A stretch of 64,000 nt of DNA from Deltaproteobacteria bacterium (GTDB lineage Bacteria; Myxococcota_A; UBA796; SXON01). A program made the position numbers and the translations under genes. The notes under the pieces were generated by a model. It saw nothing but the letters and a program-made list of their open reading frames with translations, was not told the DNA's origin and made no database searches. The stretch covers positions 7,147-71,146 of the forward strand of contig CANLGL010000004.1 in assembly GCA_947490345.1 (NCBI GenBank), written 5' to 3'. Below, one piece after another: positions 45,609 through 53,507 of the stretch. Positions within the stretch are counted from its first letter, which is position 1, and every line of letters starts with the position of its first letter.

Positions 45609-47029
45609 CCCTCCTCCTGGCGGTCACAGCCTGCGCAACGATGGGGGAGTCGCCGGCAACACCAACAGCCTCAGCACCCGACAGCGCAGCCGCCGACACC
45701 GCCGATACTGCGGGCACCGACAGCGGGGAAACCGACACCGCCGGCGCAGATACCGCCGACCCCATCATCGACGAGGATGGGGACGGCTGGCCACCTCCGG
45801 CCGACTGCGACGACCTGGACGCGACCACCTACCCGGGCGCATTCGACTCCCACTACGGTGGCAGCAGCCGCGACGAGGACTGTAACGGTCAGAACGGGCC
45901 GTTGCTCGCCTATGCCCGCGGCGGCGACACCCGCTCCTACGGCCGCGTAGGGGACGTCGATGGGGATGGAGTCCCAGATTTTTCCCTGGGTCATGAGTAT
46001 ATTTACCATGTCAGCGACTGGAACGTCGAAGTGGTATCGGGCGGTGACGTCGCGGAGGGCCAGGTCGCGAGCTTCGCAGGGATCTCAGACGCATACGGGA
46101 CCGGCGGCGCCGGTGACCTGGACGGCGACGGATTCGGCGAACTTGTCACCTGGCGCTTTAGCGACGCCGACGCCGGCTTTGACGGCGGTCTTTGCGTATT
46201 CGGGGGGAAGGACATTGTCGCCAGCGCGCCCGACCTGGGAACGTGCCAGCGCGTCATCGCACCGGACGCGGCCTCAGTGGACATCTCTTCCGAACTCGCC
46301 CTCCTCGGCGACATCGATGGCGACGGGGTGGCAGAGTTCCGGGTCGGTCAGTTCGTCCTCCCCACGACCAAGCTCCTCGACCCCACCTTCACCGTAGCTC
46401 AGGCGCCCTGGCAGTTCCCCAGTATCGTTTTCACCGCGAGCCAGACGCTTGCCAGTGGCGACCTCGACGGCGACGGCCTCGCGGACCTCGTCGCCGAGGA
46501 TGTGGCGTACCTGGGCGCCACGCTCGGCTCCGGGGGGATCTACTACGAGGCGGACGGCCTGGTGCTGACCGGCCTCGCCGGCCTCGCGGGCGACGTCTCG
46601 GGTGACGGGCTCGACGATGTCTGGTTGTACGACCGCACCGGCACAATCACCATCGTCGCCGCCCCGCCGCCCGAGGTCGGCCCGCCCCACGTGGTGGCCA
46701 CCATCTCGGGCACCGGTGATAGCCAGATCTCGGGGTCGATCGCCGGCGCGCTCGGCGACCTGGACGGTGATGGGCGCGGGGATTTCGGCATCGGGGTCGC
46801 CAACCTCCTCGATGAGACCGACAACCCGACCCTCTTCCGTGAGGCACGCCTGTTCAGCGGCGCCACCCTGGCGGGCGCGGTCCTCGCGGACGATGCCGAG
46901 CGTCGCATCGGTTACGACGCAGCCAGCTTCGATCACCTCGACGTCACCAACGACGGCGTCGACGATCCAATCCTGGTCGATTTCGACGGCGACATCGGCA
47001 TCATGGACGGGGCGACGGTCTTTCCGTAG
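45599..47029 (+). CDS. FG-GAP / VCBS-repeat lipoprotein
   Basis: Lipobox LLLAVTAC. Repeated DxDGDG calcium-loop motifs (GDVDGDGVPDF, GDLDGDGFGEL, GDIDGDGVAEF, GDLDGDGLADL, GDVSGDGLDDV, GDLDGDGRGDF). Confidence 0.75.
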   Translation: MAVTLLLAVTACATMGESPATPTASAPDSAAADTADTAGTDSGETDTAGADTADPIIDEDGDGWPPPADCDDLDATTYPGAFDSHYGGSSRDEDCNGQNGPLLAYARGGDTRSYGRVGDVDGDGVPDFSLGHEYIYHVSDWNVEVVSGGDVAEGQVASFAGISDAYGTGGAGDLDGDGFGELVTWRFSDADAGFDGGLCVFGGKDIVASAPDLGTCQRVIAPDAASVDISSELALLGDIDGDGVAEFRVGQFVLPTTKLLDPTFTVAQAPWQFPSIVFTASQTLASGDLDGDGLADLVAEDVAYLGATLGSGGIYYEADGLVLTGLAGLAGDVSGDGLDDVWLYDRTGTITIVAAPPPEVGPPHVVATISGTGDSQISGSIAGALGDLDGDGRGDFGIGVANLLDETDNPTLFREARLFSGATLAGAVLADDAERRIGYDAASFDHLDVTNDGVDDPILVDFDGDIGIMDGATVFP

Positions 47030-47108
47030 CGAGCCCCGCCACCGCCGCGTGACCGCCGCGAAAAAAAGCTGTCCCCCACAACCGCAGCGTGCGGGGTCAT
47101 ACAGGACG

Positions 47109-47642
47109 ATGGTGATGGTCGCCCCCGCTCCCCGCACCCGTGCCGAGCTCGATGACGAGCTGGTGTGCACGATCCAAGCCGAGGCGGGGCGGGCGTTCAA
47201 CCTCGCGCGGCGGCTGTTGGGCGACGACACCGACGCTGCCGACGCCGTGCAGGCGGCGTGGCTTCGTGCGTGGCGCAATCGCGACGCTTTCCGCGGCGAG
47301 GGGCCCGCGGCGGCATGGCTGCGCGCGATCGTGGTCCGCGAGAGCCTTCGCACGCTGCGCTGGCGCTCCCTCCGACGCTGGTTTCCAGTCGGAGATCGCG
47401 TCCCTGACGTCGTTTCAGAGCATCCGGCGGGCGACGTCGCCCTGGATGCGACGGGGGTCCGGCGGGTCGTCGCCACCCTGCCAGGTCAGCAGCGCGTGGC
47501 GTTCACGCTGCGCTTCGATGAGGGCTGGACCGTGCCCGAGATCGCCGCGGCGCTACAGCTCAGCCCCGAAACCGTGAAGACCCACCTCAACCGCGCGCTG
47601 GCCCGTGTTCGCCACGCCCTCGGAGTCCACCATGCGCTGTGA
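47109..47642 (+). CDS. ECF (group IV) sigma-70 factor
   Basis: DAADAVQAAWLRAWRNRDAFRGE (region 2) and QRVAFTLRFDEGWTVPEIAAALQLSPETVKTHLNRA (region 4). Confidence 0.85.
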   Translation: MVMVAPAPRTRAELDDELVCTIQAEAGRAFNLARRLLGDDTDAADAVQAAWLRAWRNRDAFRGEGPAAAWLRAIVVRESLRTLRWRSLRRWFPVGDRVPDVVSEHPAGDVALDATGVRRVVATLPGQQRVAFTLRFDEGWTVPEIAAALQLSPETVKTHLNRALARVRHALGVHHAL

Positions 47643-48096
47643 ATCTGTCCAGAGCGCGCTCGTAGACGGGCGCCCGCTGTCTACCGTTGACGACGGCCAT
47701 GTCGCCGGGTGTGCGGCCTGCGCCCGCATGGTGGCTACGTTCGGCGCGTGGCAGGCGCCGCCGCTTCCGGACCGCCACGCGCCAGCCGCGCCCTCGGTGG
47801 CCGCGCTGCATCGCGGCGTGCGGGGCCAACGTCTGCGTGAGGTCGGCTTCGCCGCCGCGGCGGTGCTCCTCGTCGGCCTCACCCTGCCGCTGGGCTCCGC
47901 GCCGACGGCGCCCTCGTCGGCAGTGGCCGTGACGGCCGACACCGCCGCGGAGGGCCAAGACGACCCGCTCCTCGTCGCCGGTGAGGTCCTCGCAGCGGCG
48001 CTCCCCGAAAGCGAAGCCGACGAGGCCCTCCTCCTCGCGTTGGTCTCACTCGACCGCATGGACGCCGACCTACTCACCACCCTCGGAGACTTCTGA
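47632..48096 (+). CDS. Anti-sigma factor (zf-HC2-like N-terminus, one TM)
   Basis: The ATG overlaps the sigma stop. MRCESVQSALVDG...HVAGCAACARMV, with TM segment VGFAAAAVLLVGLTL. Confidence 0.65.
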   Translation: MRCESVQSALVDGRPLSTVDDGHVAGCAACARMVATFGAWQAPPLPDRHAPAAPSVAALHRGVRGQRLREVGFAAAAVLLVGLTLPLGSAPTAPSSAVAVTADTAAEGQDDPLLVAGEVLAAALPESEADEALLLALVSLDRMDADLLTTLGDF

Positions 48097-48629
48097 TGCT
48101 CACCATTCTCTTCCTCTGTTTCTCCACGGCCTTCGCCAGCCCCTTCGAACTCCTGACGCCCGGGGGCCCCGACCACGGAGACCAGGGCGGCGGCGGCCGA
48201 GCCGGCGGTGGCGCCGGCAGCGAAGGCGAAAAGCTCATGAAAAACTTCTCGAAGCTCTCCGAGCGCCTGGGCCTCAGCCCCGAGCAGAAGGCGGCGATCG
48301 AGAAGCTGTACTTCGACAACAAGGCCGCGGGCATCGATCTGAAGGCCAGGTCGGAGAAGGTCCGCCTCGAGATGAAGCGGCTGATGATGGCGCCCGCCGT
48401 CGACGAAAAGGCCGCGATCAAGGCCTTCGACGCCGCCGCCACCGCCGAGGTGGACGTTCGCCGCAACGACCTGAAGCTGATGCTCGGCATCCGTAAGACC
48501 CTTACCGCCGAACAGTGGACGAAGCTCGACAGCATGCGCGACGAAGCCAAGGGCCAACGCCGTGAGCGGCGCGAAGGGAAGCGGGACGGGCGCGGCGGTC
48601 CTGACGGCGGGGAGCGCGACGACGACTGA
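48096..48629 (+). CDS. Spy/CpxP-family periplasmic protein (LTxxQ motifs)
   Basis: Signal peptide MLTILFLCFSTAFA. LSPEQKAAIEKL and LTAEQWTKLDSM motifs. TGATG junction with the anti-sigma gene. Confidence 0.65.
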   Translation: MLTILFLCFSTAFASPFELLTPGGPDHGDQGGGGRAGGGAGSEGEKLMKNFSKLSERLGLSPEQKAAIEKLYFDNKAAGIDLKARSEKVRLEMKRLMMAPAVDEKAAIKAFDAAATAEVDVRRNDLKLMLGIRKTLTAEQWTKLDSMRDEAKGQRRERREGKRDGRGGPDGGERDDD

Positions 48630-48645
48630 GCCTGTCGGGCCAATC

Positions 48646-48682
48646 TTGACGGATATAAAGTTAGAACTTATATCCGTCAGGA
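48646..48682 (+). promoter_or_regulatory. AT-rich 12-bp inverted repeat with promoter-like hexamers abutting the next ATG
   Basis: TGACGGATATAA (48647-48658) / TTATATCCGTCA (48668-48679). TTGACG at 48646-48651 and TATATC at 48669-48674 are 17 nt apart. The ATG at 48683 has no usable SD. Confidence 0.35.
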
Positions 48683-49882
48683 ATGCGTCTTCCACGCTTA
48701 CATCGGGGAATACTCCACCAGGCACGTAGTCAGTTCCCGGTGGTCCTCGTCACCGGGCCTCGTCAGGCCGGAAAAACAACTTTTCTTCGTGCTGAAGCCG
48801 GGGCCGATGCTGCCTTCGTCAGCTTCGACGACCCCGCGCAGCGTGAGCTGGCTCGCGTCGACCCGGTGGCGCTCTTCGACTCGCTCAACGGGCGGTCAGC
48901 GATCTTCGACGAGGTCCAATACGTCCCGGAGCTCCTGCCGCGCATCAAGCGGATCGTGGACGATGACCCGGAGCGCTACGGCCGGTTTCTCCTGACCGGC
49001 TCCCAGCAGTTCGGCCTGATGGCCGGCGTCTCCGAGTCGTTGGCCGGGCGCGTGGCCGTCGTCGATCTGCTGCCGTTTTCGGTTCTGGAGCTCGAGCAGG
49101 CGGGCGAGCGCTCGCTGGCCGAGTTTGTCTGGACCGGCGGCTACCCCGATCCGGCGCTGCACCCGGCAAAGCGCGAGCTCTGGCTGAGCGGGTATCTACA
49201 GACGTACATCGAGCGGGACGTACGGCAGGTTCGTGACATCCAGGACCTTCGTACCTTCGAGGGCTTTCTTGCCCTGACCGCGTCGCGTCACGGCCAGGAG
49301 CTGAACCTCGCAAATCTCTGTCGCGACATCGGCATCACCATCCCGACGGCCCGGGCGTGGATTTCAGTGCTCGCGGCCTCCTGGCTGGTCGCGCTGCTCC
49401 CGCCGTGGCACGTCAACCTGGGCAAGCGGGTGGTCAAGGCGCCGAAGCTCTACTTCCTCGATTCGGCGCTGGTGTGCGCGCTGACGCGGGTCGGCTCGCC
49501 GGAAGCGGCGCTGGCGGGACCGCTGGCGGGACCGCTCTTCGAAGGGGTGGTGGTGAGCGAGTCGATGAAGCTGTTCGCCGCCGCCGGCCGACGCCCTGCC
49601 CTCTGGCACTGGCGCGCGCAGGACGGCTTGGAGGTGGACATGCTCGTCGAGGTCGGCGGCCGCCTGATCCCGGTGGAGATCAAGGTCACCGCCACGCCCA
49701 CCGCGCGACACGCCGACTCGCTCCAACGGTTCCGCCGGCTGCTCCCCAGCGCCGAGCCGGGCTTCGTCGTGTGCAATTGCGCCGCGCGCCAGCCGCTGGG
49801 CGGCGGCGTCGAGGCGATCCCGTGGAAGCTGTGGTCCGAGATGCTTGCCGGTTGGCTCGGGATCGCCGGTCTTCCTCAGTAG
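48683..49882 (+). CDS. AAA_14 ATPase with DUF4143 C-terminal domain
   Basis: VVLVTGPRQAGKTT Walker A, IFDEVQYVP Walker B, then the YLQTYIERDVRQV...FLALTASRHGQELN and KLYFLDSALV pattern. Confidence 0.8.
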   Translation: MRLPRLHRGILHQARSQFPVVLVTGPRQAGKTTFLRAEAGADAAFVSFDDPAQRELARVDPVALFDSLNGRSAIFDEVQYVPELLPRIKRIVDDDPERYGRFLLTGSQQFGLMAGVSESLAGRVAVVDLLPFSVLELEQAGERSLAEFVWTGGYPDPALHPAKRELWLSGYLQTYIERDVRQVRDIQDLRTFEGFLALTASRHGQELNLANLCRDIGITIPTARAWISVLAASWLVALLPPWHVNLGKRVVKAPKLYFLDSALVCALTRVGSPEAALAGPLAGPLFEGVVVSESMKLFAAAGRRPALWHWRAQDGLEVDMLVEVGGRLIPVEIKVTATPTARHADSLQRFRRLLPSAEPGFVVCNCAARQPLGGGVEAIPWKLWSEMLAGWLGIAGLPQ

Positions 49883-50448
49883 ACCCCCGGCAAAAACCTC
49901 TTCGTCCGCGCCATGTACGCCGCATAGCGCTCGCCGAAGGCCGCGAGCAGCAGGCGTTCTTCGGCCCGCGCCCGCCGATCGCCCACCAAAAGGTTGAGCA
50001 CAAAACCCGCCGCCGTCGCGCCGTTCGGCGCGACGAGCATCGTCGCGACTGCCACCCCCACCAACCCCGTGTAGATCGGGTGGCGCACCACCGAGAACGG
50101 CCCCTCGGTGCACAGCTCATGCGCCTCCGTCAGCACGGCGCGGAGCCGCCAGGAGCGGAAGACGATCATGACCCGGATCATCGCCCAGGTGCTCCCCAGC
50201 ATGATCGGGACGGCGACGAGTCGCACCGGCAGCGGCAGGCGGTCGTCACCGCCGCTCCAGAAGGCCCAGCCGGCACCGCCGTACAACAGCGCGAAGGCGA
50301 CGACGTGCGCCCAAACCAACCTCGTCGCTTGCGGGTCGGCGTGGGCCGTCGCCCCGTCGCGGTGACTGCCCGCGGTACGGTCGAGCTGGCCCCGGACCAG
50401 GAAAGGCGCCCAGAAAAGCGCTTGCAGGGCGAAGTAGAGCCCCATCAT
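49876..50448 (-). CDS. Isoprenylcysteine carboxyl methyltransferase (ICMT/PEMT) family membrane protein
   Basis: LCTEGPFSVVRHPIYTG ... EERLLLAAFGERYAAYMAR motif. ATGATG start verified. Confidence 0.75.
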   Translation of the reverse strand: MMGLYFALQALFWAPFLVRGQLDRTAGSHRDGATAHADPQATRLVWAHVVAFALLYGGAGWAFWSGGDDRLPLPVRLVAVPIMLGSTWAMIRVMIVFRSWRLRAVLTEAHELCTEGPFSVVRHPIYTGLVGVAVATMLVAPNGATAAGFVLNLLVGDRRARAEERLLLAAFGERYAAYMARTKRFLPGVY

Positions 50449-51104
50449 CCCCGCGCCGCCTCGTACTCGGCAAGGGTGCCGATGTCCGTCCAGGCACCCG
50501 CGTGCAGCAGGCCGCGCACCTTCCCCTGGGGGATCAGCGCCTTGTAGGCGGTGCGAACGATGCAGCTCTCTCCCGTCGGCGGGACCCGATCGAGCACGTC
50601 GCGATCGAGCACGTGCACCCCGGTGAAGTGGAAGCCCGGGTCGCCGACGCCCACCACGCGATCCAGGCCGCGCACCACCCCCTCCACCAGCGAAAGGCCG
50701 GTGTGGATCGGCTGGACCTGCCGCCGCACCGACATCACCGCGGGCGCCGGCTCCTTCCACAGGGCGGTCAGATCGACGTCGCTGAGGATGTCGCCGTTAC
50801 AGACGCAGAAGCGCTCCGCCAGCAGGTGCCGCGCGTGTTGCAGACCGCCGCCGGTCCCCAAGATGGCCGGCGCCTCTACGATCACGGTGACGCCGGCCTT
50901 TCCGCGAGCCCACTCCACGACCTGATCGGCCAGCCAGAAGGCGTTGACCACCACCTCGTCGTGACCATGCGCCCGCACATGGTCGAGCACATGATCGAGC
51001 ATCGGCCGGCCGCGTACTGGCAAGAGTGGCTTTGGCTGCGACAGGGTCAGCGGGCGCAGCCGAGTGCCGAGCCCGGCGGCGAGGAGGAAGGCGGTTGCGG
51101 CCAT
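50445..51104 (-). CDS. Sugar-phosphate nucleotidyltransferase (NTP_transferase family)
   Basis: AFLLAAGLGTRLRPLTLSQPKPLLPV N-terminal signature. Its stop overlaps the ICMT start (ATGA). Confidence 0.8.
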   Translation of the reverse strand: MAATAFLLAAGLGTRLRPLTLSQPKPLLPVRGRPMLDHVLDHVRAHGHDEVVVNAFWLADQVVEWARGKAGVTVIVEAPAILGTGGGLQHARHLLAERFCVCNGDILSDVDLTALWKEPAPAVMSVRRQVQPIHTGLSLVEGVVRGLDRVVGVGDPGFHFTGVHVLDRDVLDRVPPTGESCIVRTAYKALIPQGKVRGLLHAGAWTDIGTLAEYEAARG

Positions 51105-51146
51105 GGGGGAAGGTATCCGGGGCGGCGCCCGGATAGATGCCGCCGC

Positions 51147-51929
51147 ATGTCCGACCTCCCCGCGCGCGTCGCCGCCTTGGACCCCGACGCCATCCGCGAG
51201 GTGGTCGCGATGCTCGACCGGGGCGCGCTCCGCGTCGCCGAAAAAGTAGCCGGCGAGTGGATCGTCCACGCCTGGATCAAAGAAGCCATCCTCGCCTTCT
51301 TCCGGCTCTCGACCATGGAGGTGATGGAGGTCGGCCCCTTCGAGTTCCACGACAAGATCCCGCTGAAGAAGGGGCTCGCGGCCGCGGGGGTTCGCGTCGT
51401 GCCCCCGGGCGTCGTCCGCTACGGCGCCTTCGTCGAGCGCGGCGCCATCGTGATGCCCGGCTACGTGAACATCGGGGCGTGGGTCGGCGCCGGCACGATG
51501 GTGGACACCTGGGCCACCGTCGGGAGCTGCGCGCAGATCGGACGCAACGTCCATCTGTCAGGCGGCGTCGGCATCGGCGGGGTGCTGGAGCCCGCGGGAG
51601 CGCGCCCGGTGATCATCGAGGACGGCGCCTTCATCGGCAGCCGCTGCATCGTGGTCGAGGGCGTGGTCGTCGAAGAAGAAGCGGTGCTGGGCGCGAACGT
51701 GGTGCTCACCGCGAGCACCCCGATCCTCGACGTCACCGGCCCCACCGAAGTGCGCCACGTCGGCCGCGTCCCCGCGCGCAGCGTGGTGGTGCCCGGCGTG
51801 CGGAACAAACGTTTCCCCGCCGGCGAGTACGGCATGCCTTGCGCGCTGATCATCGGCACCCGGCAGGCCAGCACCGACAAGAAGGTGTCGCTCAACGCGG
51901 CGCTTCGTGACTTCGGGGTGTCGGTATGA
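51147..51929 (+). CDS. dapD: 2,3,4,5-tetrahydropyridine-2,6-dicarboxylate N-succinyltransferase
   Basis: GEWIVHAWIKEAILAFFRL, hexapeptide repeats and VPGVRNKRFPAGEYGMPCALIIG. The listed ORF 50502.. is read-through upstream of ATG 51147. Confidence 0.85.
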   Translation: MSDLPARVAALDPDAIREVVAMLDRGALRVAEKVAGEWIVHAWIKEAILAFFRLSTMEVMEVGPFEFHDKIPLKKGLAAAGVRVVPPGVVRYGAFVERGAIVMPGYVNIGAWVGAGTMVDTWATVGSCAQIGRNVHLSGGVGIGGVLEPAGARPVIIEDGAFIGSRCIVVEGVVVEEEAVLGANVVLTASTPILDVTGPTEVRHVGRVPARSVVVPGVRNKRFPAGEYGMPCALIIGTRQASTDKKVSLNAALRDFGVSV

Positions 51930-53005
51930 ATCCGGACGCGCTCGTCCAGCGAACCCTCGACCTGTGTCGTATTCCGAGCGTCACCGGAAACGAAGCCGCC
52001 TGCGCCGACTATGTCGAAGCTGCGCTCCGGCCGACGCCGCTCAAGATCGAGCGTCACGGCCAGACTGTCCTCGCCCGCACCCCGTCGCGAGGCCGGCCGC
52101 TCGTGCTGCTCGTGGGCCACCTCGACACCGTCCCCCCCAAGGCGACGGACGGCCCCATCCGCATCGAAGGCGACCGCCTCTACGGCCTCGGCGCCAGCGA
52201 CATGAAAGTGGGCGTGGCCGCGATGATGGAGCTGGCCCTGGCGATGGGCGACGGCGCCGGGTCGCCCTACGACGTCGGCTTCGTCTTCTACGACAAGGAG
52301 GAGGGCCCGTGGGCCAAGAGCGGCCTCGGCCCGGTCCTCGAAGACGTGCGCTGGCTGCACGAGGCCGCGCTCGCGTTCTGCCTGGAGCCGAGCGACAACG
52401 TCGTCCAGGTCGGCTGCCTGGGGACGTTGCACGCCACCGTCACCTTCGTTGGTCGCGCGGCGCACTCGGCCCGACCCTGGCAGGGCGACAACGCGATCCA
52501 CCAGGCCGCGCCGCTCCTCGCCGCGCTCGCCGCCCGGGTACCGCACGAAGTCGATTGCGACGGTCACCTCTTCCGCGAGGTGCTCAGCGCCACGCTCGCC
52601 TCCGGCGGTGCTACCCGCAACGTCATCCCGGACCGCTTCACCCTCAACCTCAACTATCGCTTCGCCCCCGGCCGCTCCGATGACAGCGCCGTGGCCGAAG
52701 TACGCCGCTTCTGCGCCGAGGCCTGCCCCGCCTCCCCGCCGCAGATCGAACTCCACGAGGTTGCGCCCAGCGGTCGGGTGGTCCTTGACAACGCGGTCCT
52801 CCGTGCTTTCCTGGCGTGCAACGGCAACACCGTCACCGCCAAGCAGGCATGGACCGACGTGGCGCGACTCTCCCGCGCCGGCATCGACGCCGTCAACCTC
52901 GGACCGGGTGTCGCCGCCCAGGCTCACCAGGCCGACGAGTACGCCAGCATCGCGCTTTTGCACGAGGGCCACGCCCAGTTCGCCCGCTTTCTTGGGGTCG
53001 GGTGA
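51926..53005 (+). CDS. dapE: Succinyl-diaminopimelate desuccinylase (M20 peptidase)
   Basis: IPSVTGNE, LLVGHLDTVP, GLGASDMKVG and a C-terminal M20 region. It overlaps the dapD stop by 4 nt. Confidence 0.75.
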   Translation: MNPDALVQRTLDLCRIPSVTGNEAACADYVEAALRPTPLKIERHGQTVLARTPSRGRPLVLLVGHLDTVPPKATDGPIRIEGDRLYGLGASDMKVGVAAMMELALAMGDGAGSPYDVGFVFYDKEEGPWAKSGLGPVLEDVRWLHEAALAFCLEPSDNVVQVGCLGTLHATVTFVGRAAHSARPWQGDNAIHQAAPLLAALAARVPHEVDCDGHLFREVLSATLASGGATRNVIPDRFTLNLNYRFAPGRSDDSAVAEVRRFCAEACPASPPQIELHEVAPSGRVVLDNAVLRAFLACNGNTVTAKQAWTDVARLSRAGIDAVNLGPGVAAQAHQADEYASIALLHEGHAQFARFLGVG

Positions 53006-53026
53006 ACAGGGCGGGCGGCCGCAACG

Positions 53027-53279
53027 TCAGGATCGGCGCGAGAGAAACCCAGCCCACCGTTCCTGACACTCGGTGGGGAGGTGGACAACCTCGGCGCTCG
53101 CGGCGGCCAGAATCTCGTCGGCATCCCGTCCACCGAGGATCAGGGCAGCGTCCTCGATCTGGGTGCCCACGCACGCGTACAGCTTGAGCAACAGGATGTC
53201 GGCCGCCGTGGCCACGGGAACGTCGGCATCCGACGCAGCAAGGTGATCCGCCACCCGCTTGAGCGTGCTGCGGCTCAAC
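53027..53279 (-). CDS. Small protein resembling only the C-terminal helical part of the NTase-fold protein at 42071..42628
   Basis: ADILLLKLYACVGTQIEDAALIL compares with EDLVLYKLIASRPKDLDDIDDVL. TTG 53279 overlaps the upstream TGA (TTGA); GTG 53254 is an alternative start. Confidence 0.4.
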
Positions 53280-53493
53280 TCTCGTCCAACAGCGCGTTGA
53301 CCGACGGCTTGCGCAGCCGATGACGAGCCTGTCGCAGCGCCCGAGCGGCCGCAGCGCGCGACACTCCGTTGAGCGTCATGTACGCCACCACCGCCACCTC
53401 CCAAAGCCGCAGGGCCTCCTCGACGCGGGCCCCTGGCGAACGACCCCTCGCGCGCTGGGCGGAGAGGGACTCGGCCACCGATCCTTTGCGCAT
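53275..53493 (-). CDS. Small (72 aa) hypothetical protein, upstream partner
   Basis: ATG at 53493 verified. EEALRLWEVAVVAY loosely resembles AAGLRLGAELAAY in the 41839..42078 product. Confidence 0.4.
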   Translation of the reverse strand: MRKGSVAESLSAQRARGRSPGARVEEALRLWEVAVVAYMTLNGVSRAAAARALRQARHRLRKPSVNALLDES

Positions 53494-53507
53494 GAACCCA
53501 GTGTAGC

